Source: Gnetum montanum (lineage: Eukaryota; Plantae; Gnetophyta). Taken from it: DNA of 64,000 nt. A model generated the notes under the pieces. That model did no database searches, had not been told where the DNA came from, and saw only the letters and a program-made list of their open reading frames with translations. The DNA lies in NCBI GenBank assembly GCA_015680685.1, contig MNCI01000908.1:225094-289093 (forward strand). The letters are read 5' to 3'. A program made the position numbers and the translations under genes. Below are positions 27,297-39,011 of this stretch, one piece after another; position 1 is the first letter of the stretch; each line of letters starts with the position of its first letter.

Positions 27297-27520
27297 ACCT
27301 ACAAGTTTAAAACACCTATTACTTTCATCTCTCACACGTAACGTGAAATGTTTCGCATTTCATGCGTGACACAGGGTGCCCCTGTCTACTGTAGCATAGC
27401 AAGGAACATTCTTGTCCCCTACAAATGTAGCATAGGCCTACTGGAGTGTAGCATGTAGGCACAATGTACCACACAAAGGTTTAAAAATTGTTACTTCATT
27501 TTTTATGATTTTTCATTATC

Positions 27521-27830
27521 ACGGTCCGCTAAGGCCTTAAACTAGCAATTCCAAATTACAACGTTATGTGATTACGGTCTGCTACGATCTTAAATTGGCA
27601 ATTTTAGAGTTTCCTTTACATCTCAAACCTAGTAATAGTCTACTCTAACCTTAAACAGGAAATCTTAGCCTTAACTTACATTTTAAACCTGGCTACAGTC
27701 CGCTACGACCTTAAACTAGCAACCCTAATTCGTAAGGCAACTCCGTGATGGTCTGCTAAGACCTTAAACTGGCAATTTCAACTTACAAATTTTGCATAGT
27801 TACGATCTGCTAAGACCTTAAACTAGAAAT
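27521..27830 (+). repeat. Spaced repeat array x6, core GTCCGCTAAGACCTTAAACTGGCAA
   Basis: Copies near 27521, 27574, 27635, 27695, 27748 and 27802. Confidence 0.85.
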
Positions 27831-27891
27831 TTTTTCTTTATGTTGCATCATTGCTTTGCATATATTCATTACATTTTTTTGTCTCAAACAG

Positions 27892-30800
27892 GTATTACTT
27901 GACTTGGTCTATTTTCTTATTGTGGCAAGTTCAATTGAAAAATGGCTATGCATGATGATCTTCATTCGCCTTTGATCCTAACGAGTCCCTATGGAAAATT
28001 TACAATATGCTTAAGTCTAGAATTGATAGACTTTGAACCATCCTCTTGCGACACCTATGTTGTGTCCTTAGAAACATCCCTGGACTGGCCCGAACCCCTA
28101 GTCTAGGCCCTAGACTTAGAGGCCAGGGATGTAACTGACGACACTCTTATTGAAATCCCTATAATCACGACTAGAGGTGAGGCAAAAATGTTAAAAGTTA
28201 GCTCCCTACTAGAGCCACAGGTGCAACAAAACATCTCAAAATTCCTTAATGACAATGTCAAAGTGTTTGCATGGTCATATGAGGACATGCTAGGCCTAGA
28301 CTTACGGCTTGTATAACATAATATTATCCTAGATCCATGTGTTAAAGTAGTTAAACGAAAAGCTCACAAAGTCAAACCAAAGGTTGCCTTAGCTGTACAT
28401 GATGAAATTACAAAACTTTATCAAGCTAGTTTCATTCGGGCAGTCGATTACTTGGATTGGGTCTCCAACATTGTAGTTGTACCCAAGAAGACTAGGATTA
28501 TACGAATTTGTATAGACTTCCGGGATTTAAATAGGATAACAATTAAGGATGACTTCACATTGCCAAGTATTGATCAGCTTATCGACACTACAACTGGTCA
28601 TGCCCTGTTGTCCTTCATGGATGGGTTCTCAGGCTATAATCAAATTCATATAAACCTAGATCATTAATTGGCAACTACCTTTATGACCACTTGGGGAAAT
28701 TTTTGTTACACAATGATGCCCTTTAGGCTAAAAAATGTTGAGCAACGTACCAATGAGCAATGCCATACAACTTTAGGGATTACCTCTTGGAAAGGATAAA
28801 CAATTACATTGAGAACATAGCGGTTAAGTCTAAGGAAGCAACTAATCATCCCAACAATCTAAACATAGTCCTTCAACGTTGTCATAGGCATGACATCCGT
28901 CTCAACCCCAAAAAATGTGTTTTTAGAGTAAAAATCGGATGCATGTTAGGCTTTGTAGTGTCAAAAATTAGGATACGTGTAGACCCTAATAAAGTTAAGG
29001 CTATCATTAACTTAGCACCGCCTACAAACCTTAAGGAGTTGCACAGGTTGCAAGGTAGGGTGCAATTCATAAGAAGGTTTATCGCAAGGTTAACTAACAA
29101 ACTACACCCGATGCAACACCTTCTTAAGAAGGGAGTCAACTTTGAATGGACAGATCAATGCCAACAAGCCTTCGATAACCTAAAGAAAGAGCTTTTGCAT
29201 CTTCCAACTATTTATCCACCACAAAGGGATAGGCCTTTCTACATCTATCTTGCTACCTCAAACACATCTATTGTTGCACTACTATGTCAAAAGAGAGACG
29301 ATGGGTCTGAAATCCCAGTGTACTACCTGAGCCATGCATTAATAGCTCACAAAGCAAAGTATAATGAAGTAGAGAGAAATTGTCTTTCCCAAGTGTTCAC
29401 ACTTAAAAATTGGAGACATTACCTATTTCGTAGTAAAGTCAACATTATATGCAAAAGCAACATACTTCATATGAGAGTAGTAGAATAGGCTAATGGAAAG
29501 CAATAACCACAGAGTTCAACCTACATTATGTGTCATAATCATCCACAAAGGGTCAAGCAATAGCGACACAGCTTACAACTTCACCCATTAATGACCAAGC
29601 AACAATAGAACCTAAGTTCCCGGATGAGCATGTCAATAGCATCAGTCCTGTACCATCAAACTTCGAGGCCAGTTTACATTTTGATGATGCTTCAACTACA
29701 CAAGGTGGTAGTGCTGCCGTTGTCCTTACATTTCCCTTCGGGGAAATTCAACCCTTCACATATCATTTTACATTCCTTTGCACAAACAATGTAGCTGAGT
29801 ATGAAGGACTACTTAGCAGCTCAAGAGTTGAGAATCTAACACTTAGCAATCTAGGATGACTTGCAACTAGTTATCAACTAGATTACTGAAGTTTATGCTT
29901 GCAAAGCTCCACATTTGCAACCTTATTGCGATTTAGCCAAAAGTCTACTAAAGCAGCTTGCAACTTTAGACATCCAACATGTGTCCCATAACAAAAACAC
30001 TATAGCTAACACACTAGCCATGCTAGCCTTAAATATGCCATTACATATGTTAGCCACTCTGCCTACCTCAATAGTCACATGTACCGATCCTATTACTTGC
30101 ACTTCACACATTGCGTCGGTAGGCGTGGCTCATACCCAAGAATGGTATGAAAATGTTAAAGCATACCTCCAACATGGCGAATCCCCACATGGCTTGACAT
30201 CTACTCAAAAGGATGCAATATGAATGCAAGCCCAGCAATATGTCCTCATAGGAGAAAACACTCTATGCAAACGCTCCTATGATGGAATATTGCTAGCTTG
30301 CGTTAGTGGGGAAGAAGCACAAAAGATTGTTAATGAAGTCCATGAGGGATTTTGTGGAGGACACATAGCTCCTAGTGCTATGGCAGCAAAAATTAGATGC
30401 TTAGGTTACTACCGGCCTTGCATAGAATGAGATTGCATTTCCAAAGTTAGGACATGCGATGTGTGTCAACTCCATGGGAACCTCATACATGTTTCACCTC
30501 TAAATTGCATACCATAAAAATCACATGGCCTTTCCAATGTTGGGGACTAGATATCATAGGACCCATCACACCTAAGTCTTCTGCAAGGCATAGCTTCATT
30601 ATTACCACAACTGAATACTTTACAAAGTGGGTAACCTTAGAAAGACTATGTCTCAACAGGTTTGCCACTTCATTTTGGATAACATAGTAACAGGGTTTGG
30701 CCTTCTCATAACTATTGTTATTGACAATGGGTTGTAATTTAGTAGCGTGGAAACCAAAACCTTTTGTGAAATCCTTAGCATCAAACATTCATTTCATCAC

Positions 30801-31370
30801 CGTACTACCCCCAGGCAAACGATCAAGAAGAGGCTACAAACAAAGCTATCAACCTTCTAAAAAAGAGGCTTAGTAGTAGCAAGAGGCGATGGCATGAGCA
30901 AATCCTCTATGCGCTTTGGGCTTACCGCACGACATGTAGAACGACTTCATGTAAGACTCCTTATAGTCTTGTGTACGGATCTGAAGTGGTTTTACCTCTT
31001 GAATTACAGGTCCCATCACTTCGAATGATCCTTTTGAACGTCATGGATGAGGCTCAAAACAATGAGTCAAGGATCATTAATCTTGATGTCGTAGAGGAAG
31101 AGCATGCCCAAACACTTGGTCGCATCGAATGGTACCAAGATAAACAACAAAAAAAGCATCACCACAACTTAAATCAACAACCAATTAAAAAGGGGGACTT
31201 AGTTCCCAAGGCTGTTCGTGAGCTAGTGAGCAAATTCTCAGCCAACTAGGAAGGCCCTTTCACAGTCACAAAAGCCTAATGAGAATGGGGCATTCAAACT
31301 AGCTGATGCAGATGGTAACAAGTTCGCAAATCCCATCAACCACTTGTACCTCAAGCCATACTACATTTGA
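27892..31370 (+). pseudogene. Element D RT - RNase H - additional archaeal-type RNase H (aRH) - integrase
   Basis: FAWSYEDM; WVSNIVVVPKK..ICIDFRDLN; LSFMDGFSGYNQI; RH RPFYIYLATS..PVYYLS; aRH LHFDDAS..TNNVAEYEGL..HVSHNKNTIANTLA; INT VHEGFCGGH, WPFQCWGLDIIGP, YGSEVVLPLE, EGPF; stop at 31368-31370. Confidence 0.95.
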
Positions 31371-31410
31371 CACAAAGGATTATATCATATGCGAAGCAAG
31401 ATAAGCAAAA

Positions 31411-31714
31411 CATCCACTATGATGTAAAACTAGCATAGATAGTCCGCTATGACTATAAACTAGCACAGATAGTCCGCTATGACTATAAACTAGCACAACT
31501 CGTCTACTATGACGTTAAACTAGCATAGCATGTCCTTGGGCCATGACATAAAATTGGCACCCATAGCATAGTCTGCTATGAATTTAAACTAGTCATCCAC
31601 TATCCGCTACAATGTTAAACTAGCACAGCAATCTACTAGAACCTTAAACTAGCACAGTGGTCTGCTAGGACCTTAAATTAGCACATCCGATGGTCTACCA
31701 AGACCTTAAACTAG
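31411..31714 (+). repeat. Tandem repeat, ~30 bp x~10 (GTCCGCTATGACnnTAAACTAGCACA) just after the integrase stop
   Basis: Directly visible; same core as the 27521-27830 array. Confidence 0.9.
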
Positions 31715-33089
31715 GTTTGCATTGCAACGCCTCTCAGCTCATACATGTGACACTCTAAACAAGTGAGTGTGCACACCTTCAAGCCTCTCAAACAACATGG
31801 GGTAGGACATTACAGTTCCAAAACAAGGATCATGTCGTCAAGAAAAAACCCTCTAGAACACATGTAGTTTCATTGCCCCTGGCATCATGCTAATCTTCTA
31901 GAGATGTTGTTTGACATCTTGCTGACCTTTTTGGAGTCCCAGCACTATTGTGGCCCAGACACAAGGTTGCCATCCTCCAACCCTCACCATCACTCAAGTT
32001 CAAAGGACATTTGGCTATTAGACTTCTCACCTTGCAACTGGATTGCACAATGTTTGCCTTAGGCAAGGATTCCTAAGCACCTGCATCATCATCACTCGTA
32101 GCCTCTTCAGTGCTAACTTTCTAGCCTACCACTATCAAAACTTGCACTTACCCTCCTGCTTTGCACATCGCACATGTCAAACAACACCTGCCATACTGGA
32201 AGTATCCTGAGCAAGTAGTACTTTGCCCTCACTTCACTTGACAATTATTTTCTAGTTTTCTCTCTGTTGTGTTTGCAGGATAAAAGCCAAGATGGCGTCG
32301 TTCAGAGATGTGTTTCACCATGAGAGCAAGACACTACATTGTTCCAAAGTGGCCGCTCTAATTGGCTTAGCTAATTAAGAGTGCATATCCTACTATTCCT
32401 TCAGATGACTTAGGCTCCATTCCCTATAACCATGATTTCCCATATCCTCTTCACAAGCTTCCCAATGCACATAAGGCCCTTTCACATGCCCAACCACCAA
32501 GCCCATGACAGATGTAACGCAACTCATCCCATGGGAAGCATCTGTAGGTAGGTCAAAGCCTCACATGGATGTAACATAGCTCATCCCAGGGAGGAAACAC
32601 CTATCCTATGATGACAACAAGGTTGTCTCCAGGTGAATGTCGATGTGCAACAAAAAGCATAAAAGCATAAAAGAGCGAAAAGCTCAAAAAAAAAGAGACA
32701 AGTGCCTAAAAATGGCACAATAGCTGCTTCATAAACATTTTAGCTATGGATCAACCATCTCTAAGCACATTGATGAGAGGTTGAAATCCAAAGAAAAAGA
32801 CATCCATGTGTGTTGATTCCCTCATAAGCACTCTGATGAGGGATCACACTATGACAGCAGTTATCATGGCATCACATTTTGTACTCTTTCTTTCCTGAAC
32901 CTGCTTTCTCAATATCCATCCCTTGCCCTCCCTACCTTACAATCACCCTCCCAGTACTCTCAAATGTAGCGAAGCATCATCCAAGTGGGCACTAGAAAGT
33001 GATGTTGGTATTTAGTTCTTCATGGTGTTTCGTATTCTTTGTCGACGTCTCTCGAGCATATCCTCCAAATGTCAACAAAGAGGGTCCAT

Positions 33090-35404
33090 TGAAACACCAT
33101 CAATTTTAGGACTCTGGTGATTCAGCATAGTCCCAAAATTTGGGCAAGGATCACTGCAAGCACAGTGTCATGTTGGGCTATGCAAACAACATGGCACCCC
33201 AAAAGTCCTAACACCTGCAAAATTTCTTCTGAGCCTGCCTACCATCCTTTGTAGCACAGTCAACACAACATCCAATCACAAGGCCAGTTTTCATGAAAAA
33301 GGCACTAGGGGTAGATCATACAGTCTGGCAAATTTTCTATCTCCTGGGCTAACAGGCTTGCTACACCCTCTAGCTTGCCCAGCTTAACACTTGACCTAGT
33401 TAATGGTCTACCCAGGGACCATGCTAGGAGCTAGCAAAAGTATTCAAGATGGACTACATAGTTCAGCAAGTTTTCTAACTGCAAAACGTGCTATGTTGCA
33501 TAGTGTAGTAGGCCAGGTGGAGACTGATCAGGTGCCAAAAATGCAGTTTGACAGTGACTCAGCCCTCTAGGGTATCTACCCCACTTCATTCTTGATGCAT
33601 GAGCAACATGATGTAGCAAAAATATGGCAAATTTCGTCAAAAAATCATCTTCATCTGAGTGCTACGTTGTGCTATGCTACACAGCGTAGCATAGCATAGT
33701 GGGTTGCTTGCATGGCATTGCTTCCACTCATACTATTTTGGCACAATAAACATGATTGCCCATGCTTCAACCATTAAAAATGCTTGTTCTGCTACCACGC
33801 CAGAACATGACTAACATCCTGTGACAGAATGATTGCAAAGTAAGTCAGAATTTGGGCCCTATTGGGTGCTACGTTGTGCTACGCTACACAGCATAGCATA
33901 GTGTAGCAAGGTCAAAACACATGAAGGTCCTTTGCCAAGTGGTTCTAGCAAAAGAATTGCACTTGGCCATGCTCCAACCTCCAAGACTACCTATCCCACT
34001 TGGCCCCTGGGCCCTAAGAAAATTTTCTCAACAAAGCATTGTAGATCAAATAGGAATTCATGACACACTAGCTGCTACGCTATTCTACGCTACACAGTGT
34101 AGCACACTGTAGCAAGGACACAAAGCACAAAAGCATCCCAAGGATGAACTCTACAAGCCCCAGGACCTTTTAACATGGAAAGCAGGGTTGCTAATTGCTG
34201 AAGTTGCTTGCCTAGCCAGGCCCTAAAGGTGTATTTTTGGTTTTCAAGCAAGATTCCTCTCAAGACTCATGGCTACACTATGCAGCGTAGCATAGTGTAG
34301 CATGCAAGTGTTTACACTACGCTGATACGCTGGGCAGCATAAATAGCGTAACACTCACATGGAAGCATTAGGATGTCTCCAGTTAGCTCCAGAACTTGTT
34401 GACAAGGGTCATTTTTGCTCTAGCATCTCTTCAACATGCAAGATCAGCAGTTTACTTCGTTTTGCACCCCCTGTTAATTCCCAAACTTGTCCCTATGCTT
34501 GACCCTACTCACAAGAGTAGCGAAGACGTAGTCCTGGAGCATAGGCTCCACTTTACATTCATTGTTGGCATTCTTTATCATAAACATGATAGTTCCCTGG
34601 ATTCTGGCACATGGAGTTTGAAAAATATGGTCACAGTACAGTAGGTTTAACGTTCAGAGTTACACTGCACCATAGCACACCAGCCTAACACTGCAACGTA
34701 GCATTACATGGTAGCTTGGCACATTCATGTTTGCAGCATGTGGGACCCAAGACACATGGCATCCAAACCACATCTCTCTCCCACTTCTAGATCTATAAAT
34801 ACCCCAATGAACAATGTTCAAAGGGTTGGCTTTTGGGAATCATCATTTGGCTTTCTTGCGATTGGCATTCTAGCATTTTGGCTCTCTGGCGATTGGCTTT
34901 GGCAAAGAGACTGGTAAGCAGAAGGCTAGCGAACAACAAACCCCATAAATAGCATATTCCTTGCCCAAAAAGCACTGGTTCATCAGTTCCTAGTAGCAGA
35001 CCATTGGCAGCAATCAAGGAGCTATGATCATACTGCTCCATTGTAAGATGTGCCTATCCACACTCCCCACCAGTTGTACACCTTCTAGCCAAACAATGAT
35101 CAGATCCCCGATTTTGGGATGATGCACTCTCTCACTCAACCCTGTATCATTTTGTTTTGCTATCACCATATTCTACATCATTGTTTATCAGTTTACGTTC
35201 ATCACTTAAGTTATACATAACATCTTTAAAACAATTGTTTACAAAAGGTTATTGTACACCAGTTAAGTCCCTGTCTGATTGACAAGATCGTTCAGGGTAC
35301 CCCGTTTCTGTTTACTCTGGCACAGCCCTCACATGGATCCAGGGTTAGGCTATACACCTAGTAACCTCTCAATGTTCTAGCCATCGATGTTTTCAATCAC
35401 TACA
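33090..35404 (+). repeat. Element D 3' LTR (~2.31 kb)
   Basis: TGAAACACC...CACTACA after PPT AAAGAGGG (33077-33084). Confidence 0.95.
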
Positions 35405-35409
35405 ATAGT

Positions 35410-38400
35410 CCCTAGTCTATCCTGCTCATCAATGGCTCTTTGAGGCTCCTTCAAACTTGTTGAAAATCATCATCATGCTCATAAAAAGAAGAAAAATCAC
35501 CCATACCTTCCACATACGGTATACTAAAATTTACTACATGCACCCTAGATAACACGTCAGCCACCATATTAGATTTTTCACTTTTGTGCTTTAACACAAG
35601 ATTGAACTCTTGTAACTGTGCAACCCTCTTCATGTGCTTTGCACTCAACTTCATTTTTTTGAGTTTAGAAATTGAATTTCTTTGTTTTTCATCATCAAAG
35701 TGAACTCTTTGGATAATAAGTAATGCCTCCAATGCTTGATTTCTTGAAGAATAATGTACAACTCCTTCTCGTATATGCTATATTTTTGTCTTAACTTAAT
35801 TAAATTTTCTAAAAGGAAAGAAATAGGCCTATCTTCTTATGCATGTACCACTAATGGCATGTCCACATGCATCCTCAACTTGAAAAAATTTCTAAAAATC
35901 TAGAATTGCAAGCACAAGTTCACTAGTGATTTTTTCTTTCTAGAAGTCAATGCTTCCTTGGGTTTCATTACTTCACCTAAAATTTTTATTTTTCTTTTAC
36001 AAAGCAAACACAAGCCATAAAAAACCATTGAACTCTTTAATGAACCATCTATAAAAACTTGCTAAACCAAGAAATAATCTTATCTTTCCAACATTCATAG
36101 GATTTGACCAATCCTTAATAGCCTTTACCCTGGTAGCTTCCATTCAAATTTAATTTTTAGAAACCACATGTTCCAAATATGTGATTTCCCTTTTGAAGAA
36201 ATGATTTTTCTTAACATTGATCACCAGCTATACCTCCTCCAACATAAGCCACACCATCCTTAAGTTATTCAATTGCTCCTTCTCATTAGAACTATACACC
36301 AAAATATCATCAAAAAGTAAAATACAAAACTTACCAATTAAGTCTATTACATCATGCATTAACCTCATGAACATAGTAGGTGCATTTGTAAGCCCAAATG
36401 GTACTAGCAACCACTCAAACGATCAATCTAGTGTCTTGAAAGCTTTCTTCCACTTATCACTAGGTCTAATTCTAATTTGATGATATCCACTATTCAAATC
36501 AATTTTGCTAAAAATATCCACATTGTTAAGGACATCAAGGATATCATCCATCCTTGGAATAGGAAACATGTACCTCACAATTACCTTGCTCATTACCTTG
36601 GGATTAATGGACATCATCCATTCATTACTATCATTCATTGGCACTAGCACTACTTGAACTATACAAGGTGAAATGGATTTCCTCATGAAACCATTTACAA
36701 ATAGCTCCTCTACTTGCCTTTGCAATTTAGCAGTCTAATCTGGTGCCATCCAGTAAGCTCCCTCATTTAGAATGATAGCACCAAGAATGAAATCAATCTA
36801 ATGATGTACATTCTTCATCGATGGTAGTCCATCCAATTCCCCTTTAAACACTTTGGAAAAATTTTCCTTCAAGCCTAGCACACATGTAGAAAGTTCAACC
36901 TATACATAATCATGGTTAATAACAACTGTGTTCATAATAACAAAACCAAAATCAGTTTTATCATGTTCTTTAATATATTTCCTCTATCCTAGTAGGATTA
37001 AAGAAGCATTAAGTAAGCAATGCTACCTCACTTGTTCAATCGTCATTGAAATTAACTCATTAATTGCATTAAGTCTAGATACACTCCACACATTTCTTAC
37101 TTCATCAAACTAAGCACCATTATTAAAATTTCAAGGTCTAGTAAGAATTACATTAACACATGCTATTAGAAGCACATGACATTTACTACATCATGAAAAT
37201 CTCAAATTTTAAATTTCAAAGTACATTACTCCTTAACCTCTTGATAAAAATCTCTAGACAACCAATGCACTTTAAAGGGTCTCAAATGAGGCTTAGTTGC
37301 TAATCCCAATCTTGCAATTTCCCTAGAAGAAATAATATTTTCTGTAGCTTCTCCATCAATTAAAACATGAATCCACTCCCCACTAACCAAACATCTAGTT
37401 CTAATCTAAAATAATAATTTTTGAATAGGATGATCTCCTCTATTTACATTCCCCATAAATGCACAAGAATTTATTCAAAAACATCCTTAATTTTTAGAGC
37501 ATTATGATTACCTCTCTAAAGACCTTGTCTTGATGTCCCATCCACCTCCATGGTTTGTACATCTTTGTTGATGGTTGCCTTGTGAAATGGACATTTCCAT
37601 TGCTTGTATTCCCTTTCTCCATAGTTGAAGCATTGAATTTTTGCTAAGTTTCTGCCTTGACCCTTGTCTTCCTTATCTTGATCCTTCTTAGCTTTTCCCT
37701 TCTCATCACCTCTTTCAATCTTCTTGTCATGGTTTCCCTCCTTGTCTTCAAATTTGGACTTGGATATCTTTTCAAATTTTGATCACTTCTCCCTTTCATT
37801 GGAAGTTTGATTACTCTTGTTTCTAAATCCACCTAATTTATTCTTAGTCTTGATTTCCAAATCATTAGCCTTATCAAGAGTTTGTGGCTTATAAAAATAA
37901 AACTCATACTAGTACACCATTTAAGACCTTCTAAAAAGATTAAAGCCTCTTCATACTCTCCCTAGTTTACCTTAGCTTGATGGAATAGATCATAAAATTT
38001 GATGTAGAATTCTTTGACATCCTTGTCATCTTGCTTTAGGAATTCTAACTTCATAATGATTTCTTTCATCTAATGAGACTCTTCAGATTTTCTCTTCAAT
38101 CTATATTTCATCATATTCCAATCTCGAATTGGTTGACCATTTCATCTTTCATAATCCTTTGACTCATTTTCCCACAAGTAGAAGTCATACAATATGGATT
38201 CAACAACAAATACTCTAAAGTTATTTGGTACCTCTTCCAGCTAAAAATACTTCTCAAGAGCCTTCAACCAACTCATAAAAGCATTGGTACCATATACACC
38301 ATCAAAAGTCTTCAACTCAACATACAGAAGTCTTGTAGCATTTCCAAATGTTCTAGCATGCCTTGCCTCATCTTCCTAGTCAAGCTTCCCTAGAGAAGAA

Positions 38401-38760
38401 GTATTGAACATCACTTGAGCACTTAGAGCTCTCATCTAAGGAATAGAATTTCCTCCTATTGGAATCGTTGGCTGATGATTTCCTACACTCTCATAGCTAG
38501 ATTGTCCTTCCTCTTCACCTATTCTATCTCCACCTAGTTGTGAAACTTCTTCATCTTAACGTGCATGTTATTCACCTCTATGTGTCTAGATATGGCTAGG
38601 ACTAGCATTTCTATCTATCTTTCCATTGATTTTATCAAACCAAACAACCATCACCTGAAAGGTAGACTTCATGATCTCCATGTATTGATTCAAGGCTTGC
38701 ACCTATTTCTTCTTAGGTATCATCTAAAATTGACAAAATCCTTAACCAATCTAAGCAACA
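35410..38760 (-). pseudogene. Element C gag-PR-RT-RH remnant
   Basis: ORFs 35451-35732, 36228-36410 and 36423-36725; zinc-knuckle remnant CFNYGEKG at ~37615-37635. Confidence 0.85.
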
Positions 38761-39011
38761 ATTGACAAATTTCTAAACACAATCTAAGATCTAATACTAA
38801 TAATGTTGAAGCAAACTCACTTCACCAAATAATCACCTTCAAGTATTAAATCTAGATATTATGTAAAGATAAAAATTTTTGCTAGAAAACTAGAAAACTA
38901 GCTATCTTTAATTAATTTAGTAGAAGATTACAACATGATTCTTAAAGCCCAGATACATCAAAAACCTGTCACACTTGAACGATATTGCAAAACATAAGGC
39001 TCTACAACCAT

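Larger units (their letters stand above)
15011..35404 (+). mobile_element. Element D: 20.4-kb Tat/Ogre-group (OTA clade) Ty3/Gypsy LTR retrotransposon
   Basis: LTRs 15011-17294 and 33090-35404; perfect TSD ATAGT (15006-15010 / 35405-35409); PBS; PPT AAAGAGGG; domain order gag-PR // RT-RH-aRH-INT. Confidence 0.95.

Noticed and set aside
21700-27500. Antisense gene as a nested DNA transposon or an ordinary host gene
   Set aside because: No TIR, TSD or transposase motif found; it shares motifs with D's LTR and 3' UTR and decays like the rest of D. Not fully excluded without other copies.
27521-31714. Repeat-spacer arrays resembling CRISPR
   Set aside because: Degenerate repeats, short related spacers, no cas genes, plant retrotransposon context.
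32760-32850. CTGATGAG as a hammerhead ribozyme core
   Set aside because: No correctly placed GAAA and cleavage triplet; the sequence is one arm of a simple hairpin.
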